A stretch of 64,000 nucleotides of DNA from contig CM052816.1 of the NCBI GenBank assembly GCA_028534125.1, forward strand, positions 23,810,001 to 23,874,000. The letters run 5' to 3'. The translations under genes and the position numbers were made by a program. This document shows, piece after piece, positions 1 through 14,935 of the stretch. Source of the DNA: Lama glama (Eukaryota). How positions within the stretch are numbered: position 1 is the stretch's first letter; each line of letters begins with the position of its first letter. Below the pieces are notes generated by a model that ran no database searches, had not been told where the DNA came from, and saw only the letters and a program-made list of their open reading frames with translations.

Positions 1-35
1 TAAAACCTGTCTCTCTGACTTCTTTCACATTCCAG

Positions 36-233
36 ATTATAGGACGGGCCCGTGTTTCACTCAGGTCAACAACCAGATGTGCCAAGGGCAGCTGACAGGC
101 ATTGTCTGCACAAAGACTCTGTGCTGTGCTACCATCGGGCGGGCCTGGGGCCACCCCTGTGAGATGTGTCCGGCCCAGCCTCAGCCCTGCCGACGGGGCT
201 TCATCCCCAACATCCGCACTGGAGCTTGTCAAG
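36..233 (+). CDS. FBN2: Fibrillin-2 coding exon (probably exon 6), first hybrid domain, 198 nt
   Basis: Polypyrimidine tract plus tccag acceptor ending at 35; donor AAG|gtgagt at 234. Translates (D)[65 protein letters not shown]. Confidence 0.97.
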
Positions 234-1829
234 GTGAGTTAGCCTTGGGCCCAGCATCACCCATGAGTCTGGTCTCCCTTCACTGCACTGGGAGGGTCTG
301 CCACGTGGGTGGGACCCTTTAACTCAGTATTTATTCCAAGCGGGGCCTCATAAGCAAGCCTGACTAGAGATGGCTTATCTTTCAGCCACCTAATAGAGAA
401 TAATTTTTCAACTTCTGACATAAATGGAGAAAACATGAAAAGTTGGGGAAATTTTTTAAAAATTCAATTTGAAAGATTTAATACAGTCGGAGGATAAGCC
501 ATTCCACGTCTTCATCCAGGTGGTACTACGCACTCCTTCTGCAGCCTCTTTAGCTGTGCATGCATCATTGCCCAGGTCAAACAGTTTTTTTCTCTCTCCT
601 AATCCCATTCAGAATGTGAGAACCCGAACCCGGGTAACAGGGAGAAGTGAGCTGTCTGATACTGCTATTAATAGGCTCCTCAAAGACGGCGACTGGAGTT
701 ACTTCTGAGCTTTTGCCTGGCTGCTTACAACATAGTCTCCAAGCAGTCTTCCCAGTCACATCCTGACGTTTATTTTATGTATCAGAGCTAGACTGAGGCC
801 CCGAGGAGGCTACAGCCATCGTCTTTAACCCGAATAGCTGACAGTTGTTATATACTGACTGGATAACTATTTTACTTAATTTTCATCCACTGTGATTCTT
901 ACTCTTTTTTTGGCTATTTCTCTGATATCAGATGATTAAACCTATTTTTAGAGCTTGGAACAGAGCTCTGTAATGAGCCTTCAAATGGCAGTAGGATCAC
1001 AGGAAAACGTAAAATTACTTTTGTATTATTCACAGAAATGATATTACTCATATTCAAAACATGGGATTTAGATTTATTTGTTACAGTTAAATTATATACA
1101 AAGTTATAGCTGAAATCTTTCAAATTGATGTTTATAACAAGTGTCAGAGGCAGAGGTGTTATCTGTCCGGCCCATGTAAATGGTATATTGCAAAAAGCCA
1201 GTCCCGTATCCTAAAACTCAAATGAGAATGGTAGTTTGGGGAGCCTGTCTGTGACCTCAGTTCACTGAATAATGAACCTGAGGGCTCTGTGTGGTAAATG
1301 TATCTCTGACAGTGGCCTCCAAATATTTTTGTTAATTTTGAAGTTTTATAAAAGGTGCTTTTAAAAAAATGGTCTTTATAAAAACTCTTTTTTCCAAATC
1401 AGACCTACAGAGATACCCTAAGGGATGACAACATAACTCAACAGATTAGTACCTTTATATTTAGCTGCTTGTTAAAAGCCTTGTCAGCTGTGGATTTAGA
1501 ATTGTTTTGTGAGTGTTTTGTTTCTTGGATTACTAGCAATTACAGGTCAGACCTAAATATGCAGATTGGGTTAAATGTCATTTTTAATCTGTTGTTTAGC
1601 ATGGCTAATAAAATTCTAAGTCATTGATCTGACTAGCGTGACTAGATAGAGTTCCTGATCTTCTGTAGAGGATGTACTGTACTGTACTATACAGTGTTTG
1701 CTGTACTACCTAAATTTCCTCGATTAGATATAGACTACCATAAAATTTATGTAATTTACATAGATTATTATTAAAGATAAAACATTATATAAATCTACTG
1801 GATTTATTAGAGTAATACTTTTTGTTATT

Positions 1830-2018
1830 CTATAGCACTTTTCACCTTCTAACACACCTGCTTGTTTTTTGTCTTTATTTTACAACCCCCTCCCAAGCTA
1901 GAATGTAAGCTCTGTTCGGGCAGAAATCTGTTTTATTCATGAATGCCTCTGAGGCATTTAGAACAGTGTCTAACATGCAGCAGATACTCAGTAAATATCT
2001 CTTAAATTAATAAATGCA
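1830..2018 (+). mobile_element. L2 LINE 3' end fragment
   Basis: ctagaatgtaagctc...agaacagtgtctaacatgcagcagatactcagtaaatat resembles the L2 terminus. Confidence 0.75.
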
Positions 2019-4009
2019 ATTGAGATTAAAATACTTCTAAAAACCACAATTTTGTAAAAGTAGTCCAGGTTAAGAAAAGCGCTTAACTTCAACTAAAACA
2101 CTGCACATTTTGACTCTCCTCATCTTCTGTATTTGTACTTACCCTTTTTTACCTTGATATTTTGTCAGAGAAGCTTAGTTTTTCTGAACACAATTATGAA
2201 AAGTGTGTAATCTGATCTCAAACTTCCTGAATGTCCTTCAGGATTTAGTAATGTCTGAAGGCTTATTTATTTGATTTTGTTTATGCAGCGAAGATAAGTT
2301 TTGGGCTCCGTTTGCCTGAAAGTCTAAGGGATTAATATAGCAACAGGAGCAAAATGAAATTTGCCACATGGTTAAAATGTCTGGAAAAACAAGTTTTAGA
2401 AGTTCTGCTTTATTTCAAAACCATGGCATGGTCAGAAAGTTCTCAATTAAATACTAATCCTCAGTTCAGGCTATTTTAAGACTACATCTTACTGTGATTT
2501 CATTTTTCCCTTTAAATTCCTAGACTGTTTCCCAAATACGCTGCCAAATTAATTTGGAAGATACAGGGCATGAAAAAATAAGATAATAAAACATGATACA
2601 TTCATGTCATACTTTTTTTTTTATAATAGTGATCTTTTTTATAAGATAATTGAAAATTGTTGTAGAGTTAAAAATACATTTCAGCTGCATAGATCGTAAT
2701 TGTAAAGAGCTTAATATTAGTTCTAAAACATGGTTTATATTAGCAGAGGGAGGGCATTTCTGGAGTTCTAAATATAGTCTTATCCTGTATCTAATGCAAT
2801 TAGTGAATTGCTTTATCTATGGCTTAAGAGGGGATGAAACATGATCTTGTAATAAACAGAATAACTGTGAAAAATGAGGGCCAACAGAAAATTAAGATCA
2901 TACTTTAAAAAAAAAAGCTTTAAAAAAAATAAGCTTCAAGGAAACTAGTAGATTTTTTTTTTTAATTCTTAACTGTTTCCATCATGACTTACTGGACTTA
3001 AATAAGCAGTATCGGAAGGGTCTGCATTCCTGGGGTGCTGGGTGGTCAGTCATAATGATTCTTGACTCCTTCCATATTAAGAGCATTTCAATACCAGTCC
3101 TTGTGCCTAAGTCTAATCTTCATTTAGTCTTGAACATTCTCTATTTTGTTAAACATTACAGGACCAAAGTGAGCTAATGTAGCCCTTAAAATTTAACTAG
3201 CATAAAGTGAGTGAATTAAAGGTTTAAAAAGTGGCATTAAGCCCTTTTCCAAGAAAATTTACAAACTTTAAATATGTCATAAACTGCCACATGTATATGT
3301 CATATTATTTTCTTACAGAGTTTCATCTTTTTAAATCTTCACTGACTTATGAGTAGACTCAAATTGGAAGGATATTTTATTTAAGATTAGTACTTGACTT
3401 TGGGTCTTTTAGATTTTCAGATGAACAGTGTACATTTAAAATTTTTTAAATATATTAAATTTTGCATGATTATTTGATTTTCAGGAATTAGGCTTTTCAA
3501 GTACTCCAAACATTTCAAAACTTGAAATATGGCAGAAGAAATTTGCTCATTAAAATTCGTCTCCTGCTTTATCATGGACAATAGTAATAGACTGTGCTCT
3601 GTTCCAGGCAGCGTGAGAGGTGTGGGAATTCCGATGTACGTGACAGAGTCAGAACCAAGCTGGGACACAGAATGGGGGCTTGAATAGAGAGAGAGAGTAC
3701 AGACTCTAAATCAGTCCTGCAAAACAAATGTTAGTGTGAGTTCTTTTCAGATGGGGTTAGTATTCAGAAATATTTAATTTCTTTTCTCAGACTGTACATG
3801 AATCTTACAGAGAAGCTGAACCCTAGCTGCAGCCAGGCAGGCACGGCTACTTCCTCAATTATAGACTTGAGAAGAGTCTTTAGTGGTACATTATTTCCAG
3901 GCCTTCTATGTAGCATAAAATGAAAAGGAGCTTTGGTTCATTTGATCACTATAAATTATTACACACAGATTTATCTTAGCCATCTACATTGACCAAGTTA
4001 ACCAGGTCA

Positions 4010-4563
4010 TCATACCACCCCGAAAGGTAAAAACCCCACTTCTTGTCATACCCAAAAGACAATTTTACGGTCAGGAGACAGTATGTTGTGTAGCAAAAGT
4101 TTTTTAAAAATTTATTAAAAAAAAGGAAACGTACACCCCCAAGAACAAGAGGCAGGCTGATCTAAGGGAGGAAAAGCGGTGGTTTTTGTCTCCCCTTTCT
4201 CATACACCCTTGCTTAGGGGTGGCTTCTTGATTGACGGCTCTTGTCCCTGGTATGCTTCGTCATGTTTGGCCCCTTTGTGCATGTCCCTACCCATGATGT
4301 ACACAGAAAAATCCTTTGTGGGAGGGGAGGGGGCTAAACTGCAATATTAATTATAATACAATGAGCATTGGGTCATGTCTGGTTAAGTCCTTTCTGCTAC
4401 CGCGCAGTCGTGGCTGTCGGGCTCTAACCCGGTTGCTTGCTGGCACTCATTTAGAGGAAGTAAAGCCCCTTTTTGCTGGAGGCGGGCATAGCGCCATCTT
4501 CCAGACCATCCCCCTCTCCTCCGCATGTCTGCCTGGTGCCCCCACTTATCTAACTACCTAACA
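4010..4563 (-). mobile_element. Solo ERV LTR (left boundary approximate)
   Basis: Minus strand starts TGTTAGGTAGTTAGATAAG at 4563; GC/CpG-rich body in an AT-rich intron; AATAAA on the minus strand at 4111-4116; YY1-type CGCCATCTT at 4492-4500. No clear TSD found. Confidence 0.7.
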
Positions 4564-5299
4564 ATTACAAAGTTTAGCTTTATTTCATATTGTGTGAACA
4601 CAAGCTGTTACTGTACAATTCAAAAAATGTACTTAAAACATAGTTAATTATTAGAAGATATGTATTATTTAAAGATATAGCAGGATAGTGCCCTTCTAAC
4701 TCCACAAAACCTAACTAGAAAAGGAATAATAGAGAGCAAGTCATTCTGAAATAAAATTTTGCAATCCTGAATTAAAAGCAGTGGTGGACACATGTGGATG
4801 TTGGGAAGTCACAGGGACAGGGAGAATCTTCTGCATGTTTACCAGGAGCATCAGCATCCTAAAAGCCTGTTCAGTGATTGTGGGTGTTCCATTAGAGAGT
4901 AGAGATAGATCCCATGAGAGATGGATCTCCTGCAGACCCTCAGAGTAACAGAAGGGATACAGAAGGAGAGTCTTTGGAGGCAAGCCATTTCTAATATCCT
5001 CTACCCAGCCTTCCAGCCCAGAGATGCTCCCTCAGGTAGAGGAGAGGGAAGGAAAAGAGGAAGTAGGGACCACTAGTGAGCAACTCGGAGTCTGTATCTG
5101 AAAGGGCAGGAGGTGGGAGCCACACCACCAACTCGAAGTTGAAAGTTGATACCCAGGGGGGATAAAGTGGGAGAGAGTTTGGTGGGAAGCTGCTTCAGGT
5201 AGTATTCCCTGTAAAAGTTTTCAAACTAACCGGTTTCTTCTTGGCTCTCCCCAGTCTTGATTCAGCAGGAAATGGCCCCATTTACAGAGGAGTGCCAAA

Positions 5300-5970
5300 G
5301 AGAAAAGGCCCACATATAAAACCTGAAAAAAGAGAGAAAAAGAACGCAAGGAAAGGCCATAGCAACATGCTTCATAGAAGAACTACCAAATAAACACAAA
5401 ATTCACATGCTCTCTTATTTCAAGGAGATGAAAAACAGCATGGTTCTTCTCTTAAAATGCGCTCAAAGGAGAGCTGTAAGATTTTAGCAAAGCCAATCAA
5501 AGACATAAAGTGAGCTGATAGTACTCAAGAAAGAAACTGAAGGAGGATTTAAAGCTTTGCCTAGTGAAAGGCACATAATACATATATACATACAAACATA
5601 CATAAAACTGGAAAAAATCAGTGACAGAGGTTAAGCTTGAGGAAATCACAAATCAAATGTTGGAGGACAATGAATAACGATTGTAAAGAAGCAGAAAGGT
5701 AGTGAAGTCAGCAGAATAGTAGTAAAGCAAGCTCTTGAAAGGAACTGAAAAAAATAAAGCAGAAAAATTTTATAAAGGCTTCCGTCTGCCTATTGGAAGA
5801 CACAAAAATTCCCTAAGAAAGAATAGATAAGGAGACTCTTGTGGGTACAGTAAGGCAGAATAAGCAAATGTCTTTTCTTAAGGGGAGTACTCTGACTGGT
5901 CTCAGACTTCTCCAGGACAACTCATAGACCAGAAGACAATGTGACAATGTCTACAGACTTCTGGCTTTGA
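5300..5970 (+). mobile_element. Ancient L1/HAL1 ORF1-like fragment
   Basis: A-rich decayed sequence ending in tcagacttctcc...ccagaagacaatgtgacaatgtctacaga, like the L1 ORF1 C-terminal coding region. Confidence 0.5.
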
Positions 5971-6009
5971 TTCATATTTGAAAAAACTACTTGATTTGAT
6001 TTATATTTA

Positions 6010-6310
6010 AATAAAATTGCTTGAGTTGCTCTGTGAAGGACCAACTAAAGGGGGACCAGAGTGGAAGCAAAAAAACCAGTTGGAAGTTTCGTGCAGTAGT
6101 TACAGGCGATGTGATGGAGGTTGAGACCAGACTAGAAGCCGAGGGGGAAGGCTTGAGATATATTTGGAAAGTAAACACTTGTTACTGATAAAATGACCCA
6201 AGACAATTGAGAGAGAGGTGCCAAGTTTATCTCCTGGGTGTCTGACTTTGACAACGGGATAAACGATGATGACATTTGTTGAGATAAGGAAGACTGAGAC
6301 AGAACCATAC
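6010..6310 (-). mobile_element. L2 fragment
   Basis: gagatatatttggaaagtaaa...gacatttgttgagataaggaagactgag is typical antisense L2. Confidence 0.65.
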
Positions 6311-8344
6311 TCTGCTCTTTTTATTCCAAGTTCAGAGTCCTGCAGGTAGTAAGCTACCTATATTTGTTTGTTGGGATGCTCATTTATTCAGCGTTGGAAT
6401 ATTGTGAATACAGGAATAGGTATTCTGGCTGAGTCAAACCATATTAAATGGTTACCAAAATACCCTGTATGTTTCACGTTCTAGGTAGAGACAGACCTAC
6501 TCTTCAATTGCTATACTTAAAAGGCTGGCATTTGTTTTTATAGAAATACAAGTACTGTGTATGAATATCTATGGAGTATAGAAATGAGAACTTACATTTT
6601 AAAGATGGATCTAATTTGGTCACAGGCAACGTTAAAAACCATGCACTATTAATTTAGTAATTGGAGTTGGTCGTCAGTTCCCACAGATATAAAGTAAATG
6701 CCTGTAGCACTGCACATACTTTTTCACATTTTAATGTGAACTAAAAATAATATACCATCTAACACTAGTTTATATAATAAAATCAGTTTAATCTCTTAGG
6801 GCAAGTTTATTTGGAGAAGTTGGAGAATAAAGGAGTTCATAAACTAGAATTACTGTTGCTTTGTTACATTGTTTACAGCCTTAATGGGCATAGACTGAAG
6901 TGGTTATATAAGGTTTAAGTTTCAAAAGATTTCACTTTATTCCATAAAATTCCGACATGTGATTTGAAGTTATTCAACATTCAAAGAAATAATAAGTCTG
7001 TGCCTGAACTGAAGGGAGGGACAGAAACACATCTGTATAATTTGGACAGTGGAAAATGAATCAGACGTTTGCAGTTTCTTACACTGGCACTTGGAAGATG
7101 CAGAAACTCTTGCATAGTTTGGAGGTCTGAGGTTTGCTTCTTTTGTTTTTATAGGGCACACTCGTGTATGTGTCTAGGTTTATGTTATTTTTGTAAGATT
7201 TCTTTAAACTCTTCTTTTTTATTTTAGTGATTAACTTGCTCTCCCTAAAAGAAATTAATTCTGTATAGCTGTGTAGTCTAGGATACTTCAAAAATAAAGG
7301 TTGTATTTATTTATTTTTCTAGGAAAGTACTTTTTAGGCAATTACAAAATAAACCCTGTAAAGTCAAATTGCTTTTTCCTTTGAAAAATTACTGAATCAA
7401 CTAAATATGTAGTCAAAGATTTTATGAATAGTATTAAGGGATTTATAGGTTTGGCCTCATTTTTCAGCTTATACCAAGATATTCTTTCTCAGATACATCT
7501 GCCAGGAAAAGAGGTTTCTCTGGATGTTTTATACCACACTGTAGAAAGAGTGGAAATGAAGTATATTTTTAAAATAATGCAGTTTGAAATGTAAATGAAA
7601 CTGTTCAGTATATAAACTTCTTGTCATATTACAGATGCTTTTTGTTTGGATCAGGTATCCTTTAATAAGACAATGACATCTACTTTAAGTTCAGGATAAA
7701 AATATTTGGGGTTATTGTAATTAGTTTTACAGACAGATGGTCAAAGTGAGGAAGAAATAATAAGGATGCTAAGCTCTTTTGTAGGCTTAAATTTCCTAGT
7801 TTGCACATGAAGATACACCAAACTTGTGGGCTTACCAAAAAAGCAATATGGTAAATCAATATCTACTAACATCGAGGTGTATCCACAAAATATTTTTTAC
7901 TGAAAACAAGATGCGGAACAACACATATAGTGTGATCTTATTCTTGTTAAATAAACAGACCACTTCTCTGAACTTGGGTATGAATGAAAGTCTAAAGGAA
8001 CAAACTACTAACATATCAATGGTTACCTCTTTGTCTGTTTTTCTGCATCTTTACTGTTTATTACAATGAGTATATGTTGTTATATAAAGATATAATAATA
8101 AATCTGTTATACTGACACGTCAATTTAAATAGATAATGTAAATTTGCATCAGCTTATATATTATATTTATTTTTATATTCAGTGTTTATCTTAACAATAT
8201 ACTGAATTAGAGGGGATTACTTTTTTCACTGAGAGATATTAAGGCAAATTCACATAGATGTAAAATGAAAGATTCAGAAACTCTAAATAAAAGGATTTTT
8301 CCCAAGCTTCTGTAGAATGCTGTCTGTACAGCTGTCTGTACAGT

Positions 8345-10640
8345 TTTTTTGTACAGGCCCTTCACCAAGTTGAGGACATTTTCTTGTATTTCTGGTTTAC
8401 AGAGATTTTTAAAATCATGAATGCGTGTTGAATTTTGTCACTTGCTTTTTTCACATCTGTGAGATGATCATACGTTTTCTTTTCCTTAATCTGTGAATAT
8501 GTTGACTTGACTGATGTTTGAATGTTGAAACAACCTTAAATTCCTGAGATAAACTCCACTTAGTCATGATGTGTTAACTTTTTAACTTATTGCTAAAGTT
8601 GACTTGCTAATAATTTGTGTGTGCCTGTTCCAAAAAGACACTATTCTTTTCGTTTTCCTTCTTGTGATGTCTTTGTCTGCCTTTGGTCTCGTGGTGACTC
8701 AGCCCAGTAAACGGCTTGGGCAGTGTCCTCTCTTCTCTTTTTTGCATGAATTTGTCAACAGGTGGTATTGTTTCTTTCTTAAATGTTTGAGAGAATTTAA
8801 CAGCTCAGCCACCTAGACCTGAAGCTTTCTTTGGGCCAAGATTTTAAAGTATGAATTAAACTACTTTAAATTAAACAGCTGTAGGTCTATTAATACTATC
8901 TGTTTGTTCTTGAGTGAGCCTTGATTTGTGTCTTTCAAGGAATTTATCTTAATTGTTGCATTTAATGCCATAATGTTGTTCATACTATTTCCTTTGATCC
9001 TTCTAATCTCTGCAGAGTTTGCTGTGATGTGCCCATTATTATTCCTTAGATGATCATTAATTTCTCCTCTCTCCTCTTTTTTTTTGATCAGTCTTCACAG
9101 AGATCTACTGTATTTCCAGAGAGCCAGATTTTACGGTCATTGATGATCTCTCTTTGACAATTGTCCTATTTTATCAGCATTTTCTTCCTTCTGTTTGCTT
9201 TAGGTTTACTTTGCTCTTTTCAAAATTTCTTAATATGGAGACTTAGATAACCAATTTTAGACCATTCTCTTTTTATAACGTCAGCACTGACCACTAAGCA
9301 CTACTTTAGCTTCATCCCACAAATTTCGATATGTGGTATTTTCAGTTAATTCAATATACTTTCTAATTGATTTTCCATGTGATTTCTTCTTTGACCCATG
9401 GATAATTTCAGAATGTGTTGTTTAAATTCCAAATATTTGGAGATGTTCCTGATGTTTCCTCCTACTAAATTTTTAGTTTAAGTCTGTTGTGTTTAGACAA
9501 TATACTTTGGATGATATTAATCTTTTTATATGTAATGAGGTTTTTTACATGGTCTCAGAATATACTCTGTCTTGGTAAGTATTCTTGTGCACGTGAAAAG
9601 AGTGTTTATTCTGCTAAAGATGGTGTTCTTTAAATGTCAATAAGGACAAGTTGGTAGAAAGTATAGTTCAAGTCCAACATATCCTTGCTGGTTTTCAGTC
9701 TACTTGTTCTATTAGTTTCTAAGAGAGGAATGTGGAAATTGCCAGCTGTAATTGTAGACTGATCTATTTCTTTTTTCAGTTCTGCCACTTTTTGTTTCAG
9801 ATGTTTAATGTTTTATAATCATTGCATACACATTTACATAATTGTCTCTTCTTAATGAATTGACTCCTTTGTCACTATGAAATACCCATCTTTATCTATG
9901 GTAATATTTCTTGTTCTGATGAATACTTTGTATAATATTAACATAGCCACTCCAGCTTTCTTTTGATTAGTGAGTACATGATATATCTTTTTCATTCTTT
10001 TACTTTTTAAGCTTTCTGTAAATGTGGGTTTCTTGTAGACAGTATAAAATTGGGTCTTGCTTTTAAAAATATTTGACAACCCCAGCCTTTTTAATTGGAT
10101 TGTTTACATGAACATGAAATGTAATTACATTATTATTGGGTGTAAATCTCTGTCTTACTGTTTCCTGTTTGTCCCACCTACTTATTTCTTTTTCTCTTTG
10201 CCTGCCTCTATTAGATTTTTTTTTAGTATTCCATTTTTGTCTCCACAATCGGCTCTATGTCTTTGTTTATATCTTAGCGCATGTCTTTACATATTTAACT
10301 TACTACAGTGTATTTTCAAATAATATTATGCCCTTTACTTGTATAGTAATAATTTTATAATATTCCTCCATTTCCCTCTACAGTCCTCCGTGCTATTGTA
10401 CTTTTTATTTCTATGTATATTAGAGCTTCCAAAATATATTATTGTTATTATTTTCAACAGTCAATTGTTTTTAATTTTATTAAAAATATTAAAATGTCAT
10501 TTATATTTATCAACATATTTACTGTTCCCAGTGCATTTCATTTTTCCTGTGGACGATAATTTCCATTTCAAATTTATTTTTCCTGAAGAACTTTGTTTAA
10601 CCTGTCTTGTAGACTCTCAGCTTTTGTCTGAAGGTCTTTA
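8345..10640 (-). mobile_element. Old L1 (ORF2 endonuclease/RT region), decayed
   Basis: ORF 9852-10079 contains KIYHVLTNQKKAGVAMLI...IDKDGYFIVTKESIH, the L1 endonuclease motif. The + strand is T-rich throughout. Confidence 0.9.
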
Positions 10641-10899
10641 CTACAGTTTCCTGAATTTTATTTTGTCAGTATTAAGGATTTCTGTTCCTAAATGGATGAA
10701 ATTAATAGACAACTTAAAGGATGAGGAAGATAATTGCTGTGTCTAAAACAGAAGTTTTAAAATTTAGAATGAGACAACAACCTTAATATAACAGTGTTTA
10801 AAGAAAATTTACTGACAGTTTTCAGATAAGAAATTTTAAAGCCAACAAGATAGTTATTATTAGAGAAGTGAAAACTAAAATTAATAAACATAAATAATA

Positions 10900-11450
10900 T
10901 TTCTTAATGGTATTAGGCCAAAGAAAATTAGATTATTGGAGAGTTATATCATGTGCTGGCAGGGAAGAGAAAACTCAAGACTCCTCATGCACAGTAGAGG
11001 TGTGCGGACTCCTTGTCAGTGTGTAGATTGCTGGCAGCATGAAGACTGCTACGGGAATTCTGAAGGACCACTGGGCACTATTTATTCATGTAGGTGCCTA
11101 TATGTCCACCCTGTGCTCTAGTAGTTCTGCTCAGAGTCTACAGCAAAGAGATAAAGAGTCTCTGAGTCTTCAAAGTCCATAGTCACTCAACTCCATGAAG
11201 AGACATAGCAGGGACATGCCTTTTATGTCACCCTGAGGTGGTGAGACGTTGGAGGAAGCTGAGTACCCAGCCCCAGGAGAGTGAACACGTTAAGAAGTGT
11301 TCTGCAGCACATCAAAGCAAGGGATTGGTGTCCACATAACAATATGGGTGGATTTTTAAAACAAAATTCCGAAAGAAAAAAAATCAAAAACCGAAATGAG
11401 ATCTTTAATAGGTACCGTTTACATAAATTAAAATACATGCATACAAAGAG
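10900..11450 (+). mobile_element. Very old L1 3' fragment (L1ME-like)
   Basis: Decayed match to the L1 ORF2 end/3' UTR (aactcaagactcctcatgcac...gtgtagattg...ttggcagc-like blocks). Confidence 0.45.
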
Positions 11451-11563
11451 ATCCTGGCTCCTCTCCCACCATTCTCTTCAGAACAAATGAATTTCTTCTA
11501 TACATTAAAGAAATATATATATGTATAAATAGATATTCTGAACATCAGTGCTATCTGAATTGA

Positions 11564-11767
<204 letters not shown>

Positions 11768-14689
11768 TGACTTCATTTTGAATTTTGGAGAACTTAATCA
11801 CAATTATAATTACTTGCTTTCACAAGTGAAGCAAGTAGTGAAGTGAAGTGAAGGAGTAGCCTTAGTTTTGTATTGGTCTGTGTATTTAATGGGTTTAATT
11901 TGGAAAAGGGGCCAGTGATCGTTTTATATATGGTTGGTTGTCTCAGGTTCGATGTTGTCGTGAGAATGGGAGTGATCCAGTGTTTATATTTTTCCTTAAT
12001 AAAGTAGTTTTCTATTTCACTTATGAAATTATATCAAACATTAAAAGTGGGTAAAGAGAAGTTCAAGTGAAATAGTGTCATCTGTAAGATGGTGCAATAG
12101 AAGTTGGTGCTCTGTCATACTCTACCATATAAAGTAAATATCTTACTTTTTGTATTGAATATTGTTGCTTGACTGGCCACTAAATAAAAACCAAGCATAA
12201 CTGACTAGAAGTATTGAAGTATAACGTTCATCTTTTCAGTTATTATATTACTTAAATCAATTTATGTCAACTTAAATGTTTTCTAAAAATAATAGAGTAT
12301 ATCTTTTCTCATTGTTGTTATGTAAGTATTCTCATCTAATTAAAGTTGAAAAAAAAAACTGTCCTAGAGATTTGTTTTTGCCAGCCTGCCTTATCTGAGG
12401 TAGAAAAATAAATATGAATAATTCAGTAATCTGAACTTATTCCATATGCCTACTAGGGTCTTAACTGGGAACATGTTTTGAGTTCAGTAGTGCCTAACAT
12501 ATATCATAATTATCCTGGGAAAAAATTACCACACGTTCGTTTAGACCATTTCCCTTCACTACCCGAAAATATCTTCTGGTATATATAATTAAGTCTTGTG
12601 CTCTTTCCCTTTCCAAAAGGCTGTTTTACGTTATTTTTTGTTGCTTGATTATAAAAATTGTGACCCTCTGTGTAGATGAAAAAAAATGGGAAAATTAAAA
12701 TCTAGAGTTTAATTATGGAGGACAAATAGGAATAGGAACTCTCACTAGACAAGAAGTAGAGTGTGGGTCCACAAGGAACTGGGCTGGAGAATCGGGGATC
12801 TGCAGAAAGGATGGGCTGGACCGCTGTTTCCTTGCTACTTTTTGTATTTTCCCTCCTGACTTTTTTTGCTCAACCTTTTGTCACCCCCCTTTCCTTTTTA
12901 CTTCTGGAGTAATATCCAAACTAGATTCGAGGGTGGTAATCTTAGGAACAAAGACAGTGTTTGCTTATAGGTGAGAAGGCACAGCCACTGACTGATCAGA
13001 GTGGTTCTGACATTTCCATTAATCATCCAACAATGTATTACTTCTTAGCTGAAAATGGAATGAGACTTTTCTACATCACGTTTCTTCAAAACAACATATA
13101 GAGCCAAGTTTGGAGAAAGACAGTGCAACTCTTTATTCATACCTGTCTATGTTCTTTAGGAAAGCGGGCTGTTGATGTAATGTAGGCACCACCCAGAGCA
13201 CTGAATCCAGTCGTCTCTTTCCTTATTTCCTGCCCAGGCAGCCAAACCCATTTAACCAATGCCCAGAAAAAATTATGTGATTTAATGTTTGGGATTGGTG
13301 GGGAATAGCAGAATTACATGAAGTAGTGATTAGAATTTGAAAACTAAAGGTTTATAAAGTCTTTACTTTGTGTCTAAGTCATATTGATCTGGATATGTCT
13401 TAAAAGTGACTACTACCAATTTTCTTTGGTTTATACTGTTTCCTTATGTAAAAGATCAAGTGGTATTTCCTTATATAAAATTATTTAATGTAATTGGTAG
13501 TATAATGTATCTGGAAAGACTGTAAACTATTGGTACTCTCAGTGACAGGTTCTGAATTATTGTTTATATAGTGTCAATGTAAAAATATTGCCATAAATTT
13601 AAAGTTAGTATTTGTTCTAAATAAGATCAAGTTAGGATCCCACATTCAGTAAAACGTACCATGCCTACTAAAGTCATGTCTTATTTTTCTGGGCCAGTTT
13701 GTCTACAAAGTCTTCTTTTAATTCTATCATACAGTGGGCAAAATGATTCTTTGGTGCAGTAAACTATTTTTTCCCATCCAATGAGAAGGATGTTTCAGTT
13801 ATTTACTCTTTTCAAAGATTCATTCATCTAAATACGTGTTTAATTTAAATGAATAAGGAGAGCATAACCCACCAATACAATCTGAAATGGAGTACCAGAA
13901 GACTATCCATAGTTTTCTTTTTTACAATAGAATATGTGAGTTTGAATTTCCATCTACTTGGATAAAGCAGGTACTGGATGTCCTTGTATGATCCCCCTTG
14001 CAGACTACACCTTCTCTAACATTCCTTGAGCTAGTTATTCTTTCTTGGCTTAAATAAAAGGCAGGAAAACAGCGTGATTGTATTGGAAAGTTTCTCTTCA
14101 GTGGTTCTTTACATGTCAAATAGTTGTTTGCAAATTTATTCCAAAGAGTCTTCAGCTTTGTTCCATTACCGCAGCATTTAGTTTTGTTTGAGATTTATGA
14201 CAACAAATGTATTTATTTATGCTCATGAAACTCATGAAACTTGTTGGCACAGCATCTGTAGCTGCTGTTCCAACTCTGCTTTGATAAACCATGGAAAATA
14301 AACGTCTGGGCTAAACTGAAAAGTACTTGCTTTTACTCATGTTACCAAAAGTATATTAACTTAAAAAAATAATAAATTCATTGACTCTTTCCAAAAGGGA
14401 AACATATTAAAATTGAGATTCAAGTAAGGGGATGGTAAATATTGGAAAACTTTTTAGGTCATTAAAAAAAAAACTATCATCTTTTAAATCTTTCTTTAAA
14501 AAGAAATTTACAACAGTGTAGTTAAAACATAGATTCCCTCTCCCTTAAATAAGAAAGCCTGGGCAGTGAAACCCACATGTACTTTCTGCTCCTGTAACAA
14601 TAAGGTAGTCCTCTATCACAGCTCTGTTTATACTGCATTTTAATTATTTTTTGTCTGACTCTGCTGGCAGATTATATGCACCTAAATAA

Positions 14690-14935
14690 CATACTAATAA
14701 AAGCTAATGTTTATGGAGCACTGAATACGTTCTCGACAATACTTAAACCAATTTACATTGGTTTTCTTATTAAATCACCATGCAGTGCTGTGAGGTTGGT
14801 TATTATCATTAACCCACTTTACAGATGAAGGGACTGAGGTGCAGAGAGGCTAAGTAACTTTCTTGAGGTTTAATGGGTAGGAAACTGTGGAGCCAGGCCT
14901 GCAACTTGCTAGATTCACTTCCGAGCTTTCAGTCT
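14690..14935 (-). mobile_element. MIR SINE
   Basis: Core cccactttacagatgaagggactgaggtgcagagaggctaagtaact. Confidence 0.85.

Noticed and set aside
77..322. 81-aa ORF as a standalone gene
   Set aside because: It is the FBN2 exon read through the donor at 234 into intron. The same applies to ORFs 38276-38560 and 50652-51047.
10057..10746. Hydrophobic 75-135 aa ORFs resembling membrane proteins
   Set aside because: Artefact of T-rich antisense L1 sequence; likewise 45492-45750 and 46826-47083.
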